Part shown: piece by piece, positions 38,737 through 50,399 of the stretch
Position numbering within the stretch: position 1 is the first letter of the stretch
Layout of the letters: each line of letters starts with the position of its first letter
Assembly (NCBI GenBank): GCA_028826165.1
Contig: JAPDFW010000105.1
Span: 1-64,000, forward strand
DNA from: Anaeramoeba ignava BMAN
Lineage: Eukaryota > Protista > Anaeramoebae
Length of the DNA stretch: 64,000 nt
Reading direction: 5' to 3'
Position numbers and translations under genes: made by a program
The notes under the pieces: model-generated
Told to the model about the DNA's origin: nothing
Seen by the model: the letters and a program-made list of their open reading frames with translations, nothing else
Databases searched by the model: none

Positions 38737-41700
38737 TTAAAATCGAATTAAATTTAAAGAAGGCCAAGTAATATGAACTGAACCAGAAATTTCACCAAGT
38801 AAAAAACCTTTTTTTCTTATAATTGCTAAAAATTGAATTGGATTTTTATCACAAGAACCTTTTAAAGAAACAGGAGCTTGACCTTTTAAATTAAAATAAA
38901 TAAAATTAAATTAAAATAAATTAAATTTAAAATAAATTAAATTATTTATTTACCAATTATTTGTCCTCTTTTATCTTTTACAATTAAAATTATATGATGA
39001 TTTTCTAAATAATTTTTTGATGTAATAAATGGAAATAAAGCTGGAATTTTATTAAAAATAGGATTTGGATTATTTAAAACTAATTCTGTTGTTGGATTTG
39101 AATCAAGAAAAGAAGCTTCAAAAGTAATTTGTGAATCAATTCTAATTGATTTTTGTTTTTGTTTTTCTTTTTCATCTAAACAAGATTTTAAAGTTCTAAA
39201 ATTTTTTCCAAATAAAACAGAAAAATTAATAACACAAAATGCATTTTTATCAATAGAATCATGAGTTAATAAAGGAGGTATTTCTAAAGTAAATGTTGAA
39301 GAAACTGGTTTATGATCACTTGTTGTAAAAGATAAATGAGGTTGATAAGAAAGTTGTTCAACATCAAAATTAGGAAGGCATCTCCAAAGAATTCTATCAC
39401 AATAAGAAGGTGCTCTTCTTTTCTAATTATTTATAATATTTATAATATTTATAATATTTATAATATTTATAATATTTATAATATTTATAATATTTATATT
39501 ATTTATAATATTTATAATATTTATATTATTTATAATATTTATAATATTTATATTATTTATATTATTTATATTATTTATAATATTTATAATATTTATAATA
39601 TTTATAATATTTATATTATTTATAATATTTATATTATTTATAATATTTATATTATTTATAATATTTATATTATTTATAATATTTATATTATTTATAATAT
39701 TTATATTATTTATAATATTTATATTATTTATATTATTTATATTATTTATATTATTTATATTATTTATATTTATTTTATATTATTTTATATTATTTATAAT
39801 ATTTATATTATTTATAATATTTATATTATTTATAATATTTATATTATTTATAATATTTATTTTATTTTTTTATATTATTTTTATATTGTTTTTATAATAT
39901 TTATAATATTTTTATATTATTTTATAATATTTTATATTATTTTATAATATTTTATATTATTTTATATTATTTTTATATATTTTTATAATATTTTATTGTT
40001 TTATAATATTTATATATTTTATTATTTATTTACCATATATTTATTTATTTTATATTTTTTATATTTTATATTGTTTATATTATTTTATATTTTATATTAT
40101 TTTATATTATTTTATTTTATATTATTTATTTATTTTATATTGTTTTATATTATTTTAAATATTTTATATTATTTATATTATTTTATAATATTTTTATAAT
40201 TGTTTATATGTTTATTTTTTATATTATTTTATATTATTTTATAATATTTATATTTTTGTATTATTATATTTTTTATAATATTTTTATTTTATATTATTTA
40301 TAATATTATTTATTTATATTATTTATATTATTTATATAATATTTATATTATTTATATTATTTTATAATTATTTATATTATTTATAATATTTATATATTTT
40401 TTATAATATTTATTATTTATTTTTTTATATTTATTTTATATTTTATTATTTTATATTATTATTTATAATATTTATAATATTTATAATATTTTTATAATAT
40501 TTTATATTATTTTATATATTTTATTTATATTATTTATTTATATTTTATATTTATTTATATTTTTATATTTATTTATAATATTTATATTATTTTATATTTA
40601 TATTATTTTATATTATTTATAATATTTATATTATTTATAATATTTATAATATTTATTTATATTATTTATATTTATTTATATTATTTATATTATTTATATT
40701 ATTTATATTATTTATATTATTTATATTATTTATAATATTTATATTATTTATAATATTTATATTATTTATAATATTTATATTATTTATAATATTTATATTA
40801 TTTATAATATTTATATTATTTATATTATTTATATTATTTATATTATTTAAATGTATTTTCAAATATACTTGATCACTAAAAATATTAACTTCTCCTCTTG
40901 TATAACGATAAGAAGGAGGAAAATCAATTTTTCCTTCTGAAAAACCTTGGAAAACTTTTCCTTGACTCATTTCCCTTTTTAATTGGTCTTTTTCCAAAAG
41001 TTTTTGATAATCTTTTTTCATACCCAATTCAACACCAACATCAAAAGGATATTCACAACGATAATTCAAATCACCAAACCAAAATAAATATTGGAATTGT
41101 TCTGTAATATCAACACCAGGTATTCCAAAATGCAATCCACCAATAATATCTCTATAATTTTCAGCACGAATTGCAATACGTTCTTCACGTGCAGCAAGAT
41201 GTGAACCAACAAAACAGAATGAAGAGTCATGAAGTTGGAATGCAACACCACATGCTCCTTTATTTCCAACTACTCCAGCAACACCTGTTGCTTTTGTTTC
41301 TGTTTGTATACAGTGAACATGTTTTATGTATATTTCTTTAATAAAAACATGAAGTTTAATTCCCATTAATGATTGTTTTGCTATAAGTGTGTATTTTGTT
41401 CCTAGATGCATTGATAATGTTACTGTCCAATCATCTTGTGTGTTTGAATATCCTTGTCTTGGACTATAATCACATTCCTTATAAATTTGATAAATATTTT
41501 GATTTTAATTTTAATTTTGATTTTGATTTTGATTTTGATTTTGATTTTGATTTAAATTTTATTTTTAATTTTCAATTTAATTTTAATTTTAATTTTCAAT
41601 TTAATTTTAATTTTAATTTTCAATTTAATTTTCAATTTAATTTTAATTTTAAATTTAATTTGAATTTGAATTTTAATTTTAAATTCTTCCAAATTTCTCA

Positions 41701-43616
41701 ATTTAAATATCATTTAAAATTCTTCCAAATTTCTCAAATTAAAATAATATTTTTCTAATTACTTGAGTTGCAATTGCAAAAATATCTATATCTTGATTAT
41801 TTGGAATCCAATCACTTAAATCATCAGGAGGAGCAGCACTTCCAATATTCCAAGTTCCAATAAATAATTTAATTTTAATAGGTTCATATAAAAGAGCAAG
41901 TTCTTTTTTTCCCAAACATTGAACTTTAATTTGAGTAATTTCATTTATAAATCTTTCTCTTGAAACTCCACTTGTAAAAATATAGTCATTAAAATGACCT
42001 TTAACATCCCACATTAATCTTATTTTGGTTTTATCTGAAACTGCTCTTTCAAATCTTATTAAATTTTCTGGATTAAATTTTTGATAAAATTGAAATGCAT
42101 CTTGAAGTGATCCAAATGTATTTCCACTTTTTGTTATTGCTTTTGTTACTGTTTTGGATCTTTTTTTCATATTTCCTTTTCCTATTCCAATTGTTCCATC
42201 TTCTTTGTTTATTACAAAACATCGAAATGGTTTCTTTTTTGTTTTCTCAATTTTTTGCACTTCAAAAGTTACAAATTGTTCTTTAATTTTTTAATTTTGA
42301 TTTAAATTTTAATTTTGATTTTAATTTTAATTTTAATTTTAATTTTAATTTTAATTTTGATTTTAATTTTAATTTTAATTTTAATTTTAATTTTAATTTT
42401 GATTTTAATTTTAATTTTGATTTTAATTTTGATTTTAATTTTGATTTTAATTTTAATTTTAATTTTAATTTTAATTTTAATTTTGATTTTGATTTTAATT
42501 TTAATTTTAATTTTAATTTTGATTTTAATTTTAATTTTAATTTTGATTTTGATTTTAATTTTAATTTTAATTTTAATTTTAATTTTAATTTTGATTTTAA
42601 TTTTGATTTTGATTTTAATTTTGATTTTAATTTTAATTTTGATTTTAATTTTAATTTTAATTTTGATTTTGATTTTAATTTTAATTTTAATTTTAATTTT
42701 AATTTTAATTTTAATTTTAATTTTGATTTTGATTTTGTAAATATTCACCAATATTAAATATTTGAGGTAAATTATAAGAATTTCTTCTATAATCTTCATC
42801 TTGATTTGAATTCATTGCACCTCTATTTAAATATCCAAAAATTTAAAATATAAATGAATTATTGAAAAAATTTAAAATATAAATGAATTGTTTAAAAAAT
42901 TTAAAATATAAATGAATTATTGAAAAAATTTAAAATATAAATGAATTGTTTAAAAAATTTTCTACATTTGAGCAAAATAATATTGATCTCGATGAATAAA
43001 TATTCCTAAAATCCATTCCATCATTTCATCATTAGAATTTGCTTCTACTAAATATTTTCTTTTTTTATCTCGAACACAAATTTCAAATTGATTTTTTTCT
43101 AAACTTTTCACAGAAATTGAACAATCTTCAAGATAAATAAATCCTTTAGGAATATGATTTTTCATCTTTAAATAAATTTGATATAATTTTATAAATGAAT
43201 TTTTTTTTTTGGAATTTTTTTTAAATGGAATAAATTTGATTGAATTTTATAAATGAATTTTTTTTTACATTTGAATGTTCTTGTTTTTCATAATAAAATA
43301 ATTTATTTTCATGAAGAGAACACCATCTTTTTTTCCAACTTTTATAAGAACCACCTTTTATTATTATTTATTAATTTAATTATTAATTTTCATTTGTATT
43401 TTTTAATAAAAAAAAAGTGTCTGATTTTTTTTATCTTTAATTAAATTTTTTTTTTTGCTTTTTTATTTTTATTTTGTAATTTCAATTTGTATTTTTTAAT
43501 TTGTAATTTGTTTACCTCTTTTTTTAAGAAAACCTTCTCTTGTAAATTCGTTAATATTCTAAAATTTATTTAATTATTAATTTAATTGAAAAATTAATTG
43601 AAAAATTAATTACCAT
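38737..43616 (-). CDS. PH-domain inositol polyphosphate 5-phosphatase (SHIP/INPP5-like, C2-like tail), multi-exon
   Basis: PH motif (REGFLKKRGGSYKSWKKRW), IGTWN, ATQ|EC, WFGDLNYR, PSYCDRILW, SDHKPV. ATG-only first exon at 43616-43614; stop at 38739-38737. Confidence 0.88.
39425..40850. repeat. 9-bp-unit (TTTATAATA/TTTATATTA) low-complexity tract filling an intron of the 5-phosphatase
   Basis: Direct tandem repeat between the exons ending SDQ and starting KRRAPSY. Confidence 0.85.
42300..42736. repeat. (TTTTAA/TTTTGA)n intronic microsatellite
   Basis: Hexamer repeat; source of the spurious poly-IL/KI ORFs. Confidence 0.9.
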
Positions 43617-43815
43617 ATTCTGAATAAAAGCGAATTAAAAATAAAAATAAAAAGAAAAATAAAAATAAAAATAAAAATAAAAAGAAAAAAAATGAAAAAA
43701 GTTTTTTTCAATTAAATTTTTTTTTAAAATAAGAATAAAAAAGGAAATTAATTAAAATTAATTAAAATTAATCCAAAAAATATTTTTCATTTTTTTTTTT
43801 AATCATTTCAAGTTT

Positions 43816-44385
43816 ATGACAACAAATATTAGAGTAGCAGTTGTTGGAGATGGAGGAGTAGGAAAATCAACATTAGCAATTCGATTTATTCAAAATGAAT
43901 TTATTGAAGAATATGATCCAACAATCGAAGATATTTATTCAAAAGAAATTGATTGGAATGATTCCAAAATCAAGTTTTTAGTATTTGATTCAGCTCCACA
44001 AGATGAATTCTATAGTTATCGTTATTATTCGCTAAGAAATCAAGAAGTTTTTCTACTTGTTTATTCCGTCACTCAAAAAAATACTTTGAATATGATTCGT
44101 GATTTATATGATCGAATAACTGATTATGTTAGTGACCAAAATAAAGATCCCTTTTTTATTTTAGTTGGAAATAAAATTGATTTATTTACTAAAAGACAAG
44201 TTCCTACTCATCAAGCAAAAGCATTTGCTGATGAATTAGATTTTGGTTTTATTGAAATCTCTGCTAAAACTGGTCAAAATGTTAACCAATTATTTTTTCA
44301 AATTGCAAATGCTTTTTGTAATAGAAAAAGTTATATTGATTCTCTTCAGGCAAAAAAAAAGAAAAAGAATTGTATTTTAATGTGA
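43816..44385 (+). CDS. Ras-family small GTPase with CAAX motif
   Basis: GDGGVGKS, YDPTIED, DSAPQ, NKID, SAK, polybasic tail and CILM. Confidence 0.93.
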   Translation: MTTNIRVAVVGDGGVGKSTLAIRFIQNEFIEEYDPTIEDIYSKEIDWNDSKIKFLVFDSAPQDEFYSYRYYSLRNQEVFLLVYSVTQKNTLNMIRDLYDRITDYVSDQNKDPFFILVGNKIDLFTKRQVPTHQAKAFADELDFGFIEISAKTGQNVNQLFFQIANAFCNRKSYIDSLQAKKKKKNCILM

Positions 44386-44469
44386 TTTGCACTGAATCAA
44401 ATTTGGTTTTGTTATTTGGAAACTTAATAAAAGATCATTCCAAACTTTGAATTATTATTTAAAACTTAA

Positions 44470-45220
44470 ATAATTAAATAATTATTATTAAAAATATTAA
44501 AAATGTGGAATAAATATTTATTATTAAAAATATTAAAAATGTGGAATAAATATTTATTATTAAAAATATTAAAAATATTAAATAAATAATTATTATTAAA
44601 AATATTAAAAATATTAAATAAATAATTATTATTAAAAATATTAAAAATATTAAATAAATAATTATTATTAAAAATATTTAAAATATTAAATAAATATTTA
44701 TTATTAAAAATATTTAAAATATGGAATAAATAATTATTATTAAAAATATTAAAAATATTAAATAAATATTTATTATTAAAAATATTAAAAATGTGGAATA
44801 AATAATTATTATTAAAAATATTAAAATATCAAATAAATAATTATTATTAAAAATATTAAAAATGTGGAATAAATATTTAATATTAAAAATATTAAAAATA
44901 TCAAATAAATATATTTATTATTAAAAATATTAAAAATATTAAATAAATAATTATTATTAAAAATATTAAAAATATTGAATAAATAATTATTATTAAAAAT
45001 ATTAAAAATATTAAATAAATATTTAATATTAAAAATATTTAAAATGTGGAATAAATAATTATTATTAAAAATATTTAAAATGTGGAATAAATATTTATTA
45101 TTAAAAATATTAAAAATATTAAATAAATATTTATTATTAAAAATATTAAAAATGTGGAATAAATATTTATTATTAAAAATATTAAAAATATTAAATAAAT
45201 ATTTAATATTAAAAATATTT
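44470..45220. repeat. 36-bp-unit tandem repeat
   Basis: TTATTATTAAAAATATTAAAAATGTGGAATAAATA-type units. Confidence 0.85.
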
Positions 45221-45287
45221 AAAAGAAAAAGAAGAAAAAAAAGTTTTCATTTTTTTTTTCATTTTTTTTTTGTTAAATTGATTTAAA

Positions 45288-47049
45288 ATGTCTCGATTTA
45301 CTGTAATTAGATCAATTTACCTTTCTTTATTATTTTAAAAAAAAAAGTTTACAAAAAAATTATTCTTATTATTCTTATTATTCTTATTATTCTTATTATT
45401 CTTATTATTCTTATTATTCTTATTATTCTTATTATCCTTATTATTCTTTAATTTTTAATAATTTTTAATAAAAAAAAGTGCCATTTAGTTGATTCAGCTT
45501 ATCAACCAACAGTTTTTGGTGTTGTTATTTTAAGAGGTGATCATCTTTTTTTTGAAGCCGATAATTTTACACACGAAGCAAAATATTCAACGGTTTATAA
45601 TGTAAATTAAATAAAATAAAAAAAATTTAAATAAAGAAAAGCAATTAAAAAAAATTTTTCTCATTTTTTTTAGGTTGTTCTTGTTCCAAGATTTCTTTGT
45701 ATTATTTGTCATATTACAGATGGCAAAACATTTGGATTTAAATTTGAAACTCAAGAACAATTATTTTCTTTTGGGAAAGCTTTAAAAAAATACAAAGGTT
45801 TTTTTGCAAAAGGACCACAAGAAAATCAAAAAGAAAATGAAGAGAATCAAAAAGAAAATCAAAAAGAAGAAAATAAAAAAGAAAATCAAAAAGAAGAAAA
45901 TCAAAAAGAAGAAAATTTAAATCAGAAAGAAAATGAAAATCAAAATTTAAATCAGAAAGAAAATGAGAATCAAAATGAAAAAGAAAAAGAACAAAAACAA
46001 GACATTCAAAATGAACAAAAACAAGACATAAAAAAAGAAGAAAAAAAAGAAGAAAAAAAAGAAGACAATAAAATAATTCCACAACCAATGGAAAAGCCAA
46101 TGGAACAACAAATGGAAAAACCAATGGAACAAACAATAGAAAAACCAATGGAACAACAAATGGAACAAACAATAGAAAAACCAATGGAAGAACAAATGGA
46201 AAAACCAATGCAAAAAACACTTAAAAAAAAGCATAAAGATAAAGATGAGAATAAAAAAGGTAAAAAAGGTAAAAAGGGTAAAAAAGGTGTTCCTGTTGTT
46301 GTTCCCACAGATAAAGGAACAAGAAAAGGCAAAAAGGATAAAGGAACAAGAAAAGGCAAAAAAGATAAAGAAACAAAAGGAAATCAAGATACTAAATTAG
46401 AAAAAATCAAAAAAAAGAATTAAAAGAACAAAAAACACCCGATCAAAAAAAAAAAGAATTAAAATCTCATTTAACATTAATTGTTGATGATGATGATCAA
46501 GAATTTGCAAAACGAGAAGCTATTTTTGAAAATGAAATTTCACTCGATTTATTTTCAGATAAAATTGAATGCTTTTATGTTGTCAAGTTTCTTGGAAAAA
46601 ATTCTTCTTTTGGAGAAATTGGAGTTGGCCCTCAATCTTATCATATTAAACTTCCAAATAAAAATAAACTTAAGGCAGTTTATTCTAAAACAACTCGTCT
46701 TTTAACAAAAGACAATAGTCCTGATTGTCGTTTATATTTGGGTGATATTAAAAACACTTACATTGAATTTACTTTTAGAAATTTAGAAAAAACTAAAACT
46801 TTTGTTAAACATTTTGTGATTTCTCAAAGAAAATATGCAAAGGCTCAACAAAAGAAAAATCAACAACAAAAGAAAAATCAACAACAAAAGAAAAATCAAG
46901 AAACAACAAAAGAAACAACAAAAGAAACAAAAAAAGAAACAAAAAAAGAAACAAAAAAAGAAACAAAACAAGATAAAAAACAAGACAAGAAACAAGACAA
47001 GAAACAAGACAAGAAAAAAAATAAGAAAAAAAATAAGAAAAAAAAGTGA
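45288..47049 (+). CDS. Protein with two PH/GRAM-like beta-rich domains separated by charged repeats (EKPMEQQM)
   Basis: Exons ~45288-45302, 45479-45601, 45674-47049, with one homopolymer frameshift ~46410. The fold assignment is tentative. Confidence 0.5.
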
Positions 47050-47329
47050 ATAATTCTTCTTCTTATTATTCTTTTTTTTTTTCAAATTTTTTTACTCTTT
47101 TTTTTTCTATTTCTTTCTTTTTTCAAAATTAATTCAATTCAATTCAAAAATTTATTTTAAATTTGTTTTTCTTTCTTTCATATTTTTTATTATTTTTAAT
47201 GTTTTTGATTTTTTTTGGTTTTTCTTGATTTATAAGAAAAAAAAAATATTTGAGAAAAGAATAAATTTGAAAGAAAAAAAATTTTTTTTTGGGAATTCTT
47301 CTTTTTTTTTTTCTTTTTCTTTTTGAAAA

Positions 47330-50279
47330 TTAACAACATTTTCTTTTCTTTTTTTGAGAAGTTTCAACTTTATCTTTTTCTGGAAGAATAACAGAAGAAG
47401 TTTTTGGAACAAATTGAGGTGAATTCATTGCATCAAAAAAATTCCCATCTTTTTCTTTTGCAAATTTTAAAATTCTTTTTAGAATAGAAATAAAAGCTTG
47501 ATCCACATTAGTAGAAGCTAAAGCAGAAGTTTCAATAAAAGCAAGATTTCTTTCTTCTGCAAAAGTTTTTGCCTTTTAAAAAATAAAATTGAAATAAAAA
47601 TTAAAATTAAAAATTAAAATTAAAATTAAAATTAAAATTAAAATTAAAATCAAAATCAAATAAATACTTCTTCTGTTGTAACTTGTCTTGTATCTTCTAA
47701 ATCAATTTTATTTCCAACAAGTAATAATAATATATTTGGATTTGAATTTTCAATAACTTCATTTATCCATTTATTAACATTTTCAAAAGATTGATGAATT
47801 GTAATATCATAAACTACAAGAGCACCAACAGCTCCTCGGTAATAACTTTAATTGAGAGAATTATTTTTTAAATAAATATTTTTAAAATAAATATTTTTAA
47901 AATAAATATTTTTGAAATAAATATTTTTTAAATAAATATTTTTGAAATAAATATTTTTGAAATAAATATTTTTGAAATAAATATTTTTAAAATAAATATT
48001 TTTGAAAATAAATATTTTTGAAATAAATATTTTTGGAATAAATATTTTTTAAATAAATATTTTTTAATTGAATATTTTGGAAATAAATATTTTTGAAATA
48101 AATATTTTTGAAATAAATATTTTTGAAATAAATATTTTTAAATAAATATTTTAAAATAAATATTTTGAAATAAATATTTTTAAATAAATATTTTGGAAAT
48201 AAATATTTTTGGAATAAATATTTTTAATTGAATATTTTTAAAATAAATATTTTTAAATAAATATTTTTAATTGAATATTTTTGGAAATAAATATTTTTGA
48301 AATAAATATTTTGAAATAAATATTTTTGGAAATAAATATTTTTAAAATAAATATTTTTAAATAAATATTTTTGAAATAAATATTTTTAAAATAAATATTT
48401 TAAAATAAATATTTTTGAAATAAATATTTTTAAATAAATATTTTTAAATAAATATTTTTAAAATAAATATTTTTGAAATAAATATTTTGAATAAATATTT
48501 TTAAATAAATATTTTTGAAATAAATATTTTTAAATAAATATTTTTAAATGATTATTTTGAAATAAATATTTTTGAAATAAATATTTTTAAATAAATATTT
48601 TTAAAATAAATATTTTTAAATTGAATATTTTTAAAATGAATATTTTTGAAATAAATATTTTTGAAATAAATATTTTTGGAATAATTATTTTTGAAATAAA
48701 TATTTTTGAAATAAATATTTTTGAAATAAATATTTTTAAAATAAATATTTTTGGAAATAAATATTTTTGAATAAATATTTTTGAAATAAATATTTTGAAA
48801 TAAATATTTTGAATAAATATTTTTGAAATAAATATTTTTGAAATAAATATTTTTGAAATAAATATTTTTGGAATAAATATTTTGGAAATAAATATTTTTG
48901 AAATAAATATTTTTAAAATAAATATTTTTGGAAATAAATATTTTTGGAATAAATATTTTTGAAATAAATATTTTTGGAATAAATATTTTTGAAATAAATA
49001 TTTTTGAAATAAATATTTTTGGAAATAAATATTTTTGGAATAAATATTTTTTAATTGAATATTTTTAAAATAAATATTTTTGGTATTAATTACCTTGTTG
49101 TTACTGAATTATATCTTTCTTGTCCAGCAGTATCCTTAATTTTGTTTAATTTTTTTAAGAAAATTTTGATTATTAATTTTCTATTTAGAATTTTTTGGAA
49201 TTATTTTTTTCCAAACCCAAATTTGAGCTTTTATTATTTTATCTTCAACTTGAACAATTTTTGTTGCAAATTCAACACCAATTGTACTTTTAGAATCTGG
49301 ATCGAATTCATTTTTAGTAAATCTTGAAAGAAGATTTGATTTTCCAACTGCAGAATCTCCTATTTTTATATAATAATTAAAATTAAAATTAAAATTAAAA
49401 TTAAAATTAAAATTAAAATTAAAATTAAAATTAAAATTAAAATTAAAAATTAAAATTAAAATTAAAATTAAAATTAAAATTAAAATTAAAATTAAAATTA
49501 AAATTAAAATTAAAATTAAAATTAAATTTATAATTCAAATTAAAATTATAATTAAAATTATAATTAAAATTAAAATTAAAATTATAATTAAAATTAAAAT
49601 TATAATTAAAATTAAAATTATAATTAAAATTAAATTTATAATTCAAATTTTAAATGAATTTACCAACTAAAAGTATTTTAAATAAAAAGTCTTCTCTATC
49701 TTCAAAATCATCTTCTGTATTTTTCAAATTATCATCACTAGTATCATCAGTTTCATCACTATTATTTTTTACTTCCTTTTTTTTTGGGAATAAAATTATG
49801 AATTAAATAATTTACACAAAAAATTTTTACATTGCTTTCATTTAAATTTTCATTTTCATTTTCATTTTCATTTTCATTTTCATTTTCATTTTCGATTTTG
49901 ATTTTCATTTTCATTTTGATTTTCATTTTCTTTTTGATTTTCATTTTCATTTTCATTTTCATTTTGATTTTCTTTTTGATTTTCTTTTAAATTTTCATTT
50001 TGATTTTGATTTTCGTTTTCGCTCTAAATTAGTCATTTAAAAAAAAGGCAAAAAATTTGAATAAAAACGCCATTTTTTAAATTTGAAATTGAAATTGAAT
50101 TTAAAATTAAATTTAAATTAGAATTGAAATTAAAATTAGAATTGGAATTAAAATTAAAATTTAAATTAGAATTAGAATTAAAATTAAAATTGAAATTAAA
50201 ATTAAAATTAGAATTAAAATTAGAATTTAAATTAGAATTGAAATTAAAATTAAAATTTAAAATTAGAATTAATTACCAT
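47330..50279 (-). CDS. RAB11: Rab11-family GTPase with acidic/(EN)n N-terminal extension, multi-exon
   Basis: FLFKILLVG|[34 protein letters not shown]|[33 protein letters not shown]; C-terminal KKKRKCC. The 5' model (ATG-only exon at 50279-50277) needs one indel in the EN repeat. Confidence 0.85.
47865..49080. repeat. ~15-bp minisatellite (GAAATAAATATTTTT) filling a Rab intron
   Basis: Direct tandem repeat. Confidence 0.9.
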
Positions 50280-50399
50280 TATTAAAAAAAAATTAATTTA
50301 AAAAAAGAGAAAAAAAATGAAAAAAAAATTCAAAAAAAAATTTTCATTTTTACTTTTTTTTTTAAATAAATTATTTTTATTAATTATTATTTTTTAATC

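Noticed and set aside
39336-40199. ORFs of IYN/IIY repeats
   Set aside because: Translation of an intronic 9-bp repeat on the opposite strand of the 5-phosphatase
42302-42799. Poly-KI and poly-IL ORFs
   Set aside because: Intronic hexamer microsatellite
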